A program made the translations under genes and the position numbers. 64,000 nucleotides of DNA from assembly GCF_009914755.1 (NCBI RefSeq), contig NC_060939.1. The stretch is one strand, 5' to 3'. The stretch's first letter is position 1. Each line of letters opens with the position of its first letter. The notes under the pieces are model-generated. The model was given only the letters and a program-made list of their open reading frames with translations, ran no database searches and had not been told where the DNA came from. Of the stretch, positions 39,901 through 54,900 are shown in pieces. The stretch comes from the human T2T-CHM13v2.0 reference genome, Homo sapiens.

Positions 39901-42900
39901 GCACTGTTAACCGAGGTGATTTAACCCTTGTCTAGGCTGTGCCCACAGGGGGATTGAGACATATCTCTGCACTGATCCCGAGGTGATACAACTCTTGCCT
40001 GGTCTCTGCCTACTGTGGACATTGTGACATATCTCTGCACTGAACTCCCAGGTGCTGTAACTTTAGTCTCGGCTCCGGCTACAAGGCATTGTGACATATC
40101 ACTGCACTGATCACCCAGGCGATATAACTCTTCTCTAGGAGCTGACCACAGGGTGCTTTGTGACATATCCCTGCAATGATCACCCAGGTGATATACCACT
40201 TGCCAAGGCTCTGCCTACAGGGGCATTGCAATGTATCTCTGCACTGATCACCTAGGTCTTGTAGCTATTTTCTAGGATCTGCCTACAGGGTGCTTTGTGA
40301 CGTGTCCCAGCAAGGATTACCCAGGTGATGTACCTCTCATCAAGGCTCTGCCTACAGGCACATTGTGATGTATCTCTGCACTGATCACCTAGGTCATGTA
40401 ATTTTTTTCTAGGCTCTACCTACCATGGCATTGTGACATATCTCTGCACTAATCATCGAAGTGATGTAACTCTTGTCTAGGATGTGCCTAAATTAACTTT
40501 TTGACATAACCCTGTACTGATCATGCAGGTGATGGAGCTTTTGTCTAGGCTCTGCGTAAGGGGGCATTGTGACATATTTCTGCATTGATCACCCAGGTGG
40601 TGAACTCTTCTCTTGGATCTGCCTATGGGGGCATTGTGAGAAATCTCTGCACTGATCACCCAGGTGATGTAACTGTTCTGTAACCTCTGCCTACAGGGGA
40701 ATTGTGAGAGATCTCGTCACTGATTACCCAAGTGATGTAACCATTGTCTAGGCTTTGCGTACAGGTGGCTTTGTGACATACCTTTGCACTGATCACCCAG
40801 GTGATGTAACACATCTACGTTCGGCCTAAAGGAGCTTTGTGACATATCTCTGCACTGGTCACTTAGGTGATGTAACACTTTTATAATCACTTCCTACAGG
40901 GAATTTTGACTAATCTCTGCACTGATCATCTAGGTGATGTAACTCTTGTCTACCCTCTGTCCAACGGGGCATTGTGAAATATCTGTGCACTGATCACCAA
41001 GGTGATTCAACTCTTGACTAGGAACTGCCTACAGAGGTTATTGTGAAATATCTCTGCACTGATAAACTAGGTGGGGTAACCCTTGTCCAAGCTCTGCCTA
41101 CAGGGGCTTTTCCACATATCCCTGAACTGATGACAAAGGTGATGTAACTCTTGCCTAGGCTTTGCCTACAGGGAACATTGGACATATATCTGCACTGATC
41201 ACCCAGGTGATGCAACTCTTGCCTAGGCTTTGCCTACAGGGGACATTGTGACATATCTCTTCAATGATCACTCATGTGATGCATCTCTTGCCTAGGCTTT
41301 GCGTACAGGGGACATTGTGACATATCTCTGCACTGATCTCCCAGGTGCTGTAACTTTAGTCTAGGCTCTGGCTACACGGCATTGTGACATATCAATGCAC
41401 TGATCAACCAGGTGATATAACACTTGTATAGGCTATGCCTACAGGGGGATTGTGACCTACCTCTACACTGATCACCCAGGTGATATAACTCTTCTCTAGG
41501 ATCTGCCTACAGGGTACTTTGTGACATATCCCTGCACTGATCACCCAGGTGATCTAACTCTGGTCTAAGCTCTGCCTAAGGGGGCATTGTGACAGATCTC
41601 TGCACTGATCCCTCTGGTGATGTAAGTATTGTCCAGGCTCTGCTTCAAGGGGCCTTGTCACATATCTCTGCACTGATCACCCAGGTGATGTAACTCTTGT
41701 CTAGGCTCTGCTTCCAGGCCATATTGTGACATATCTATGCACTGATCACCTTAGTGATGTAACACTTTGGTAGGCTCGGCCTACAGGGGAATCTTGACAT
41801 ATCTCTGCACTGTTAACAGAGGTGATTTAACTCTTGTCTAGGCTGTGCCCACAGGGGGATTGAGACATATCTCTGCACTGATCCCGAGGTGATACAACTC
41901 TTGCCTGCTCTCTGCCTACAGTGGACATTGTGACATATCTCTGCACTGATCTCCCAGGTGCTGTAACTTTAGTCTAGGCTCCGGCTACACGGCATTGTGA
42001 CTTATCACTGCACTGATCACCCAGGCGATATAACTCTTCTCTAGGATCTGACAACAGGGTGCTTTGTGACATATCCCTGCAATGATCACCCAGGTGATAT
42101 ACCACTGGCCAAGGCTCTGCCTACAGGGGCATTGCAATGTATCTCTGCACTGATCACCTAGGTCGCGTAGCTATTTTCTAGGATCTGCCTACACGGTGCT
42201 TTGTGACGTGTCCCAGCAAGGATTACCCAGGTGATGTACCTGTCATCAAGACTCTGCATACAGGCACATTGTGATGTATCTCTGCACTGATCACCTAGGT
42301 CATGTAACTTTTTTCTAGGCTCTACCTACGATGGCATTGTGACATATCTCTGCACTAATCATCCAAGTGATTTAACTCTTGTCTAGGATGTGCCTAAATT
42401 AACTTTTTGACATAACCCTGTACTGGTCATCCAGGTGATGGAGCTTTTGTCTAGGCTCTGCCTAAGGGGGCATTGTGACATATTTCTGCATTGATCACCC
42501 AGGTGGTGAACTCTTCTCTCGGATCTGCCTATGGGGGCATTGTGAGAAATCTCTGCACTGATCACCCAGGTGATGTAACTGTTGTGTTACCTCTGCCTAC
42601 AGGTTAATTGTGAGAGATCTCGTCACTGATTACCCAAGTGATGTAACCATTGCCTAGGCTTTGCGTACAGGGGGCTTTGTGACATATCTTTGCACTGATC
42701 ACCCAGGTGATGTAACACATCTAAGTTCGGCCTAAAGGAGCTTTGTGACATATCTCTGCACTGATCACTTAGGTTTTGTAACACTTTTATAATCACTGCT
42801 TACAGGGAATTTTGACAAATCTCTGCAGTGATCACCTAGGTGATGTAACTCTTGTCTACCCTCTGTCCAACGGGGCATTGTGAAATATCTCTGCACTGAT

Positions 42901-45900
42901 CACCCAGGTGATTCAACTCTTGACTAGGAACTGACTACAGAGGTTATTGTGAAATATGTCTGCACTGATAAACTAGGTGGTGTAACCCTTGTCCAAGCTC
43001 TGCCTACAGGGGCGTTTCCACATATCCCTGAACTGATGACAAAGGTGATGTAACTCTTGCCTAGGCTTTGCCTACAGGGAACATTGGACATATATCTGCA
43101 CTGATCACCCAGGTGATGGAACTCTTGCCTAGGCTTTGCCTACAGGGGACATTGTGAAATATCTCTTCAATGAACACATGTGATGCATCTCTTGCCTAGG
43201 CTTTGCCTACAGGGGACATTGTGACATATCTCTGCAGTGATCTCCCAGGTGCTGTAACTTTAGTGTAGGCTCTGGCTACACGGCATTGTGACATATCACT
43301 GCACTGATCAACCAGGTGATATAACTCTTGTATAGGCTCTGCCTACAGGGGGATTGTGACCTACCTCTGCACTGATCACCCAGGTGATATATCTCTTCTC
43401 TAGGATCTGCCTACAGGGTACTTTGTGACATATCCCTGCACTGATCACCCAGGTGATCTAACTCTGGTCTAAGCTCTGCCTAAAGGGGCATTGTGACAGA
43501 TCTCTGCACTGATCACTCTGGTGATGTAAGTATTGTCTAGGCTCTGCTTCAAGGCGCCTTGTTACATATCTCTGCACTGATCACCCAGGTGATGTAACTC
43601 TTGTCTAGGCTCTGCTTCCAGGGCATATCGTGACATATCTATGCACTGATCACCTTAGTGATGTAACACTTTGGTAGGCTCGGCCTACAGGGGAATCTTG
43701 ACATATCTCTGCACTGTTAACCGAGGTGATTTAACTCTTGTCTAGGCTGTGCCCACAGGGGAATTGAGACATATCTCTGCACTGATCCCGAGGTGATACA
43801 ACTCTTGCCTGGTCGCTGCCTAGTGTGGACATTGTGACATATCTCTGAACTGATCTCCCAGGTGCTGTAACTTTAGTCTGGGCTCCGGCTACACGGCATT
43901 GTGACATATCACTGCACTGATCACCCAGGCGATATAACTCTTCTCTAGGATCTGACCACAGCGTGCTTTTTGACATATCCCTGCAATGATCACCCAGGTG
44001 ATATACAACTTGCCAAGGCTCTGCCTACAGGGGCATTGCAATGTATCTCTGCACTGATCACCTACGTCTTGTAGCTATTTTCTAGGATCTGCCTACAGGG
44101 TGCTTTGTGACGTGTCCCAGCAAGGATTACCCAGGTGATGTACCTCTCATCAAGGCTCTGCCTACAGGCATATTGTGATGTATCTCTGCACTGATCACCT
44201 CGGTCATGTAACTTTTTTCTAGGCTCTACCTACGATGGCATTGTGACATATCTCTGCACTAATCATCCAAGTGATGTAACTCTTGTCTAGGATGTGCCTA
44301 AATTAACTTTTTGACATAACCCTGTACTGATCATCCAGGTGATGGAGCTTTTGTCTAGGCTCTGCCTAAGGGGGCATTGTGACATATTTCTGCATTGATC
44401 ACCCAGGTGGCGAACTCTTCTCTCGGATCTGCCTATGGGGGCATTGTGAGAAATCTCTGCACTGATCACCCAGCTGATGTAACTGTTGTGTAACCACTGC
44501 CTACAGGGGAATTGTGAGAGATTTCGTCACTGATTACCCAAGTGAGGTAACCATTGTCTATGCTTTGCGTACAGGGGGCTTTGTGACATACCTTTGCACT
44601 GATCACCCAGGTGATGTAACACATCTAAGTTCGGCCTAAAGGAACTTTGTGACATATCTCTGCACTGATCACTTAGGTGATGTAACACTTTTATAATCAC
44701 TGCCTACAGGGAATTTTGACAAATCTCTGCACTGATCACCTAGGTGATGTAACTCTTGTCTACCCTCTGTCGAACGGGACATTGTGAAATATCTCTGCAC
44801 TGATCACACAGGTGATTCAACTCTTGACTAGGAACTGCCTACAGAGGTTATTGTGAAATATCTCTGCACTGATAAACTAGGTGGTGTAACCCTTGTCCAA
44901 GCTCTGCCTACAGGGTCCTTTCCACATATCCCTGAACTGATGACAAAGGTGATGTAACTCTTGCCTAGGCTTTGCCTACAGGGAACATTGGACATATATC
45001 TGCACTGATCACCCATTTGATGCAACACTTGCCTAGGCTTTGCCTACAGGGGACATTGTGACATATCTCTTCAATGATCACTCATGAGATGCATCTCTTG
45101 CCTAGGCTTTGCCTACAGGGGACATTGTGACATATCTCTGCACTGATCTCCCAGGTGCTGTAACTTTAGTCTAGGCTCTGGCTACACGGCATTGTGACCT
45201 ACCTCTGCACTGATCACCCAGGTGATATATCTCTTCTCTAGGATCTGCCTACAGGGTAGTTTGTGACATATCCCTGCACTGATCACCCAGGTGATCTAAC
45301 TCTGGTCTAACTCTTCCTAAAGGGGCATTGTGACAGATCTCTGCACTGATCACTCTGGTGATGTAAGTATTGTCTAGGCTCTGCTTCAAGGGGCCTTGTC
45401 ACATATCTCTGCACTGATCACCCTGGTGATGTAACTCTTGTCTAGGCTCTGCTTCCAGGGCGTATTGTGACATATCTATGCACTGATCACCTTAGTGATG
45501 TAACACTTTGGTAGGCTCGGCCTACAGGGGAATCTTGACATATCTCTGCACTGTTAACCGAGGTGATTTAACTCTTGTCTAGCCTGTGCCCACAGGGGGA
45601 TTGAGACATATCTCTGCACTGATCCCGAGGTGATACAACTCTTGCCTGGTCTCTGCCTACTGTGGACATTGTGACATATCTCTGCACTGATCTCCAAGGT
45701 GCTGTAACTTTAGTCTAGGCTCCGGCTACACGGCATTGTGACATATCACTGCACTGATCACCCAGGCGATATAACTCTTCCCTAGGATCTGACCACAGGG
45801 TGCTTTGTGACATATCCCTGCAATGATCACCCAGATGATATACCACTTGCCAAGGCTCTGCCTACAGGGGCATTGCAATGTATCTCTGCACTGATCACCT

Positions 45901-48900
45901 ACGTCTTGTAGCTATTTTCTAGGATCTGCCTACAGGGTGCTTTGTGACGTGTCCCAGCAAGGATTACCCAGGTGATGTACCTCTCATCAAGGCTCTGCCT
46001 ACAGGCACATTGTGATGTATCTCTGCACTGATCACCTCGGTCATGTAACTTTTTTCTAGGCTCTACCTACGATGGCATTGTGACATATCTCTGCACTAAT
46101 CATCCAAGTGATGTAACTCTTGTCTAGGATGTGCCTAAATTAACTTTTTGACATAACCCTGTACTGATCATCCAGGTGATGGAGCTTTTGTCTAGGCTCT
46201 GCCTAAGGGGGCATTGTGACATATTTCTGCATTGATCACCCAGGTGGCGAACTCTTCTCTCGGATCTGCCTATGGGGGCATTGTGAGAAATCTCTGCACT
46301 GATCACCCAGCTGATGTAACTGTTGTGTAACCACTGCCTACAGGGGAATTGTGAGAGATCTCGTCACTCATTACCCAAGTGATGTAACCATTTTCTAGGC
46401 TTTGCGTACAGGGGGCTTTGTGACATACCTTTGCACTGATCACCCAGGTGATGTAACACATCTAAGTTCGGCCTAAAGGAACTTTGTGACATATCTCTGC
46501 ACTGATCACTTAGGTGATGTAACACTTTTATAATCACTGCCTACAGGGAATTTTGACAAATCTCTGCTCTGATCACCTAGGTGATGTAACTCTTGTCTAC
46601 CCTCTGTCGAACAGAACATTGTGAAATATCTCTGCACTGATCACACAGGTGATTCAACTCTTGACTAGGAACTGCCTACAGAGGTTATTGTGAAATATCT
46701 CTGCACTGATAAACTAGGTGGTGTAACTCTTGTCCAAGCTCTGCCTACAGGGTCGTTTCCACATATCCCTGAACTGATGACAAAGGTGATGTAACTCTTG
46801 CCTAGGCTTTGCCTACAGGGAACATTGGACATATATCTGCACTGATCACCCAGGTGATGCAACTCTTGCCTAGGCTTTGCCTACAGGGGACATTGTGACA
46901 TATCTCTTCAATGATCACTCATGTGATGCATCTCTTGCCTAGGCTTTGCCTTCAGGGGACATTGTGACATATCTCTGCACTGATCTCCCAGGTGCTGTAA
47001 CTTTAGTCTAGGCTCTGGCTACACGGCATTGTGACCTACCTCTTCACTGATCACCCAGGTGATATAACTCTTCTCTAGGATCTGCCTACAGGGTACTTTG
47101 TGACATATCCCTGCACTGATCACCCAGGTGATCAAACTCTGGTCTAAGCTCTGCCTAAAGGGGCATTGTGACAGATCTCTGCACTGATCACTCTGGTGAT
47201 GTAAGTATTGTCTAGGCTCTGCTTCAAGGGGCCTTGTCACATATCTCTGCACTGATCACCCAGGTGATGTAACTCTTGTCTAGGCTCTGCTTCCAGGGCG
47301 TATTGTGACATATCTATGCACTGATCACCTTAGTGATGTAACACTTTGGTAGGCTCGGCCTACAGGGGAATCTTGACATATCTCTGCACTGTTAACCGAG
47401 GTGATTTAACTCTTGTCTAGGCTGTGCCCACAGGGGGATTGAGACATATCTCTGCACTGATCCCGAGGTGATACAACTCTTGCCTGGTCTCTGCCTACTG
47501 TGGACATTGTGACATATCTCTGCACTGATCTCCAAGGTGCTGTAACTTTAGTCTAGGCTCCGGCTACACGGCATTGTGACATATCACTGCACTGATCACC
47601 CAGGCGATATAACTCTTCCCTAGGATCTGACCACAGGGTGCTTTGTGACATATCCCTGCAATGATCACCCAGATGATATACCACTTGCCAAGGCTCTGCC
47701 TACAGGGGCATTGCAATGTATCTCTGCACTGATCACCTACGTCTTGTAGCTATTTTCTAGGATCTGCCTACAGGGTGCTTTGTGACGTGTCCCAGCAAGG
47801 ATTACCCAGGTGATGTACCTCTCATCAAGGCTCTGCCTACAGGCACATTGTGATGTATCTCTGCACTGATCACCTCGGTCATGTAACTTTTTTCTAGGCT
47901 CTACCTACGATGGCATTGTGACATATCTCTGCACTAATCATCCAAGTGATGTAACTCTTGTCTAGGATGTGCCTAAATTAACTTTTTGACATAACCCTGT
48001 ACTGATCATCCAGGTGATGGAGCTTTTGTCTAGGCTCTGCCTAAGGGGGCATTGTGACATATTTCTGCATTGATCACCCAGGTGGCGAACTCTTCTCTCG
48101 GATCTGCCTATGGGGGCATTGTGAGAAATCTCTGCACTGATCACCCAGGTGATGTAACTGTTGTGTAACCTCTGCCTACAGGGGAATTGTGAGAGATCTC
48201 GTCTCTGATTACCCAAGTGATGTAACCATTGTCTAGGCTTTGCGTACAGGGGGCTTTGTGACATACCTTTGCACTGATCATCCAGGTGATGTAACACATC
48301 TAAGTTCGGCCTAAAGGAGCTTTGTGACATATCTCTGCACTGATCACTTAGGTGATGTAACACTTTTATAATCACTGCCTACAGGGAATTTTGACAAATC
48401 TCTGCACTGATCACCTAGGTGATGTAACTCTTGTCTACCCTCTGTCCAACGGGGCATTGTGAAATATCTCTGCACTGATCACCCAGGTGATTCAACTCTT
48501 GACTAGGAACTGCCTACTGAGGTTATTGTGAAATATCTCTGCACTGATAAACTAGGTGGTGTAACCCTTGTCCAAGCTCTGCCTACAGGGTCGTTTCCAC
48601 ACATCGCTGAACTGATGACAAAGGTGATGTAACTCTTGCCTAGGCTTTGCCTACAGGGAACATTGGACATATATCTGCACTGATCACCCAGGTGATGCAA
48701 CACTTGCCTAGGCTTTGCCTACAGGGGACATTGTGACATATATCTTCAATGATCACTCATGTGATGCATCTCTTGCCTAGGCTTTGCCTACAGGGGACAT
48801 TGTGACATATCTCTGCACTGATCTCCCAGGTGCTGTAACTTTAGTCTAGGCTCTGGCTACACGGCATTGTGACCTACCTCTGCACTGATCACCCAGGTGA

Positions 48901-51900
48901 TATAACTCTTCTCTAGGATCTGCCTACAGGGTACTTTGTGACATATCCCTGCACTGATCACCCAGGTGATCTAACTCTTGTCTAAGCTCTGCCTAAAGGG
49001 GCATTGTGACAGATCTCTGCACTGATCACTCTGGTGATGTAAGTATTGTCTAGGCTCTGCTTCAAGGGGCCTTGTCACATATCTCTGCACTGATAACCCA
49101 GGTGATGTAACTCTTGTCTAGGCTCTGCTTCCAGGGCATATTGTGACATATCTATGCACTGATCACCTTAGTGATGTAACACTTTGGTAGGCTCGGCCTA
49201 CAGGGGAATCTTGACATATCTCTGCACTGTTAACCGAGGTGATTTAACTCTTGCCTAGGCTGTGCCCACAGGGGGATTGAGTCATATCTCTGCACTGATC
49301 CCGAGGTGATACAACTCTTGCCTGGTCTCTGCCTACTGTGGACATTGGGACATATCTCTGCACTGATCTCCCAGGTGCTGTAACTTTAGTCTAGGCTCTG
49401 GCTACACGGCATTGTGACATATCACTGCACTGATCACCCAGGCGATATAACTCTTTTGTAGGATCTGACCACAGGGTGCTTTGTGACATATGCCTGCATT
49501 GATCACCCAGGTGATATACCACTTGCCAAGGCTCTGCCTACTGGGGCATTGCAATGTATCTCTGCACTGATCACCTAGGTCTTGTAGCTATTTTCTAGGA
49601 TCTGCCTACAGGGTGCTTTGTGACGTGTCCCAGCAAGGATTACCCAGGTGATGTAACTCTCATCAAGGCTCTGCCTACAGGCACATTGTGATGTATCTCT
49701 GCACTGATCACCTCGGTCATGTAACTTTTTCTAGGCTCTACCTACGATGGCATTGTGACATATCTCTGCACTAATCATCCAAGTGATGTAAATCTTGTCT
49801 AGGATGTGCCTAAATTAACTTTTTGACATAACCCTGTACTGATCATCCAGGTGATGGAGCTTTTGTCTAGGCTCTGCCTATGGGGGCATTGTGACATATT
49901 TCTGCATTGATCCCCCAGGTGGCGTACTCTTCTCTCGGATCTGCCTATGGGGGCATTGTGAGAAATCTCTGCACTGATCACCCAGGTGATGTAACTGTTG
50001 TGTAACCTCTGCCTACAGGGGAATTGTGAGAGATCTCGTCACTGATTACCCAAGTGATGTAACCATTGTCTAGGCTTTGCGTACAGGGGGCTTTGTGACA
50101 TACCTTTGCACTGATCACCCAGGTGATGTAACACATCTAAGTTCGGCCTAAAGGAGGTTTGTGACATATCTCTGCACTGATCACTTAGGTGATGTAACAC
50201 TTTTATAATCACTGCCTACAGGGAATTTTGACAAATCTCTGCACTGATCACCTAGGTGATGTAACTCTTGTCTACCCTCTGTCCAACGGGGCATTGTGAA
50301 ATGTCTCTGCACTGATCACCCAGTTGATTCAACTCTTGACTAGGAACTGCCTACAGAGGTTATTGTGAAATATCTCTGCAATGATAAACTAGGTGGTGTA
50401 ACCCTTGTCCAAGCTCTGCCTACAGGGTCGTTTCCACATATCCCTGAACTGATGACAAATGTGATGTAACTCTTCCCTAGGCTTTGCCTACAGGGAACAT
50501 TGGACATATATCTGCACTGATCACCCAAATGATGCAACTCTTGCCTAGACTTTGCCTACATGGGACATTGTGACATATCTCTTCAATGATCACTCATGTG
50601 ATGCATCTCTTGCCTAGGGTTTGCCTACAGGGGACATTGTGACATATCTCTGCACTGATCTCCCAGGTGCTGTAACTTTAGTCTATGCTCTGGCTACACG
50701 GCATTGTGACCTACCTCTGCAATGTTCACCCAGGTGATATAACTCTTCTCTAGGATCTGCCTACAGGGTACTTTGTGACATATCCCTGCACTGATCACCC
50801 AGGTGATCTAACACTGGTCTAAGCTCTGCCTAAAGGGGCATTGTGACAGATCTCTGCACTGATCACTCTGGTGATGTAAGTATTGTCTAGGCTCTGCTTC
50901 AAGGGGCCTTGTCACATATCTCTGCACTGATCACCCAGGTGATGTAACTCTTGTCTAGGCTCTGCTTCCAGGACATATTGTGACATATCTATGCACTGAT
51001 CACCTTAGTGATGTAACACTTTGGTAGGCTCGGCCTACAGGGGAATCTTGACATATCTCTGCACTGTTAACCGAGGTGATTTAACCCTTGTCTAGGCTGT
51101 GCCCACAGGGGGATTGAGTCATATCTCTGCACTGATCCCGAGGTGATACAACTCTTGCCTGGTCTCTGCCTACTGTGGACATTGGGACATATCTCTGCAC
51201 TGATCTCCCAGGTGTTGTAATTTTAGTCTAGGCTCTGGCTACACGGTATTGTGACATATGACTGCACTGATCACCCAGGCGATATAACTCTTCTGTAGGA
51301 TCTGACCACAGGGTGCTTTGTGACATATGCCTGCAATGATCACCCAGGTGATATACCACTTGCCAAGGCTCTGCCTACAGGGGCATTGCAATGTATCTCT
51401 GCACTGATCACCTAGGTCTTGTAGCTATTTTCTAGGATCTGCCTACAGGGTGCTTTGTGACGTGTCCCAGCAAGGATTACCCAGGTGATGTAACTCTCAT
51501 CAAGGCTCTGCCTACAGGCACATTGTGATGTATCTCTGCACTGATAACCTCGGTCATGTAACTTTTTTCTAGGCTCTACCTACGATGGCATTGTGACATA
51601 TCTCGGCACTAATCATCCAAGTGATGTAAATCTTGTCTAGGATGTGCCTAAATTGACTTTTTGACATAACCCTGTACTGATCATCCAGGTGATGGAGCTT
51701 TTGTCTCGGCTCTGCCTAAGGGGGCATTGTGACATATTTCTGCATTGATCACCCAGGTGGCGAACTCTTCTCTCGGATCTGCCTATGGGGGCATTGTGAG
51801 AAATCTCTGCACTGATCACCCAGGTGATGTAACTGTTGTGTAACCTCTGCCTACAGGGGAATAGTGAGAGATCTCGTCACTGATTACCCAAGTGATGTAA

Positions 51901-54900
51901 CCATTGTCTAGGCTTTGCGTACAGGGGGCTTTGTGACATACCTTTGCACTGATCACCCAGGTGATGTAACACATCTAAGTTCGGCCGAAAGGAGCTTTGT
52001 GACATATCTCTGCACTGATCACTTAGGTGATGTAACACTTTAATAATCACTGCCTACAGGGAATTTTGTCAAATCTCTGCACTGATCACCTAGGTGATGT
52101 AATTCTTGTCTACCCTCTGTCCAACGGGGCAGTGTGAAATGTCTCTGCACTGATCACCCAGGTGATTCAACTCTTGACTAGGAACTGCCTACAGAGGTTA
52201 TTGTGAAATATCTCTGCACTGATAAACTAGGTGGTGTAACCCTTGTCCAAGCTCTGCCTACAGGGTCGTTTCCACATATCGCTGAACTGATGACAAAGGT
52301 GATGTAATTCTTGCCTAGGCTTTGCCTACAGGGAACATTGGACATATATCTGCACTGATCACCCATTTGATGCAACTCTTTCCTAGGCTTTGCCTACAGG
52401 GGACATCGGGACATATCTCTTCAATGATCACTCATGTGATGCATCTCTTGCCTAGGCTTTGCCTACAGGGGACATTGTGACATATCTCTGCACTGATCTC
52501 CCAGGTGCTGTAACTTTAGTCTAGGCTCTGGCTACACGGCATTGTGACCTACCTCTGCACTGGTCACCCAGGTGATATAACTCTTCTCTAGGATCTGCCT
52601 ACAGGGTACTTTGTGACATATCCCTGCACTGATCACCCAGGTGATCTAACTCTGGTCTAAGCTCTGCCTAAAGGGGCATTGTGACAGATCTCTGCACTGA
52701 TCACTCTGGTGATGTAAGTATTTTCTAGGCTCTGCTTCAAGGGGCCTTGTCACATATCTCTGCACTGATCACCCAGGTGATGTAACTCTTGTCTAGGCTC
52801 TGCTTCCAGGGCATATTGTGACATATCTATGCACTGATCACCTTAGTGATGTAACACTTTGGTAGGCTCGGCCTACAGGGGAATCTTGACATATCTCTGC
52901 ACTGTTAACCGAGGTGATTTAACTCTTGTCTAGGCTGTGCCCACAGGGGGATTGAGTCATATCTCTGCACTGATCCCGAGGTGATACAACTCTTGTCTGG
53001 TCTCTGCCTACTGTGGATATTGGGACATATCTCTGCACAGATCTCCCAGGTGCTGTAACTTTAGTCTAGGCTCTGGCTACACGGCATTGTGACATATCAC
53101 TGCACTGATCACCCACGCGATATAACTCTCCTGTAGGATCTGACCACAGGGTGGTTTGTGACATATCCCTGCAATGATCACCCAGGTGACATACCACTTG
53201 CCAAGGCTCTGCCTACAGGGGCATTGCAATGTATCTCTGCACTGATCACCAAGTCCTGTAGCTATTTTCTAGGATCTGCCTACAGGGTGCTTTGTGACGT
53301 GTCCTACCAAGGATTACCCAGGTGATGTACCTCTCATCAAGGCTCTGCCTACAGGCACATTGTGATGTATCTCTGCACTGATCACCTAAGTCATGTAACT
53401 TTTTTCTAGGCTCTACCTACGATGGCATTGTGACATATCTCTGCACTAATCATCCAAGTGATGTAACTCTTGTCTAGGATGTGCCTAAATTAAATTTTTG
53501 ACATAACCCTGTACTGATCATCCAGGTGTTGGAGCTTTTTTCTAGGCTCTGCCTAAGGGGGCATTGTGACATATTTCTGCATTGATCACCCAGGTGGCGA
53601 ACTCTTCTCTCGGATCTGCCTATGGGGGCATTGTGAGAAATCTCTGCACTGATCACCCAGGTGATGTAACTGTTGTGTATCCTCTGCCTACAGGGGAATT
53701 GTGAGAGATCTCGTCACTGATTACCCATGTGATGTAACCATTGTCTAGGGTTTGCGTACAGGGGGCTTTGTGACATACCTTTGCACTGATCAACCTGGTG
53801 ATGTAACATATCTAAGTTCGGCCTAAAGGAGCTTTGTGACATATCTCTGCACTGATCACTTAGGTGATGTAACACTTTTATAATCACTGCCTACAGGGAA
53901 ATTTGACAAATCTCTGCACTGATCACCTAGGTTATGTAACTCTTGTCTACCCTCTGTCCAACGGGGCATTGTGAAATGTCTCTGCACTGATCACCCAGGT
54001 GATTCAACTCTTGACTAGGAACTGCCTACAGAGGTTATTGTGAAATATCTCTGCACTGATAAACTAGGTGGTGTAACCCTTGTCCAAGCTCTGCCTACAG
54101 GGGCGTTTCCACATATCCCTGAACTGATGACAAAGGTGATGTAACTCTTGCCTAGGCTTTGCCTTAAGGGAACAGTGGACATATATCTGCACTGATCACC
54201 CAGGTGATGCAACTCTTGCCTAGGCTTTGCCTACAGGGGACATTGTGACATATCTCTTCAATGATCACTCATGTGATGCATCTCTTGACTAGGCTTTGCC
54301 TACAGGGGACATTGTGACATATCTCTGCACTGATCTCCCAGGTGCTGTAACTTTAGTCTAGGCTCTGGCTACACGGCATTGTGACATATCACTGCACTGA
54401 TCAACCAGGTGATATAACTCTTGTATAGGCTCTGCCTACAGGGGGATTGTGACCTACCTCTGCACTGATCACCCAGGTGATATAACTCTTCTCTAGGATC
54501 TGCCTACAGGGTACTTTGTGACATATCCCTGCACTGATCACCCAGGTGATCTAACTCTGGTCTAAGCTCTGCCTAAAGGGGCATTGTGACAGATCTCTGC
54601 ACTGATCACTCTGGTGATGTAAGTATTGTCTAGGCTCTGCTTCAAGGGGCCTTGTCATATACCTCTGCACTGATCACCCAGGTGATGTAACTCTTGTCTA
54701 GGCTCTGCTTCCAGGGCATATTGTGACATATCTATGCACTGATCACCTTAGTGATGTAACACTTTGGTAGGCTCGGCCTACAGGGGAATGTTGACATATC
54801 TCTGCACTGTTAACCGAGGTGATTTAACTCTTGTCTATGCTGTGCCCACAGGGGAATTGAGACATATCTCTGCACTGATCCCGAGGTGATACAACTCTTG

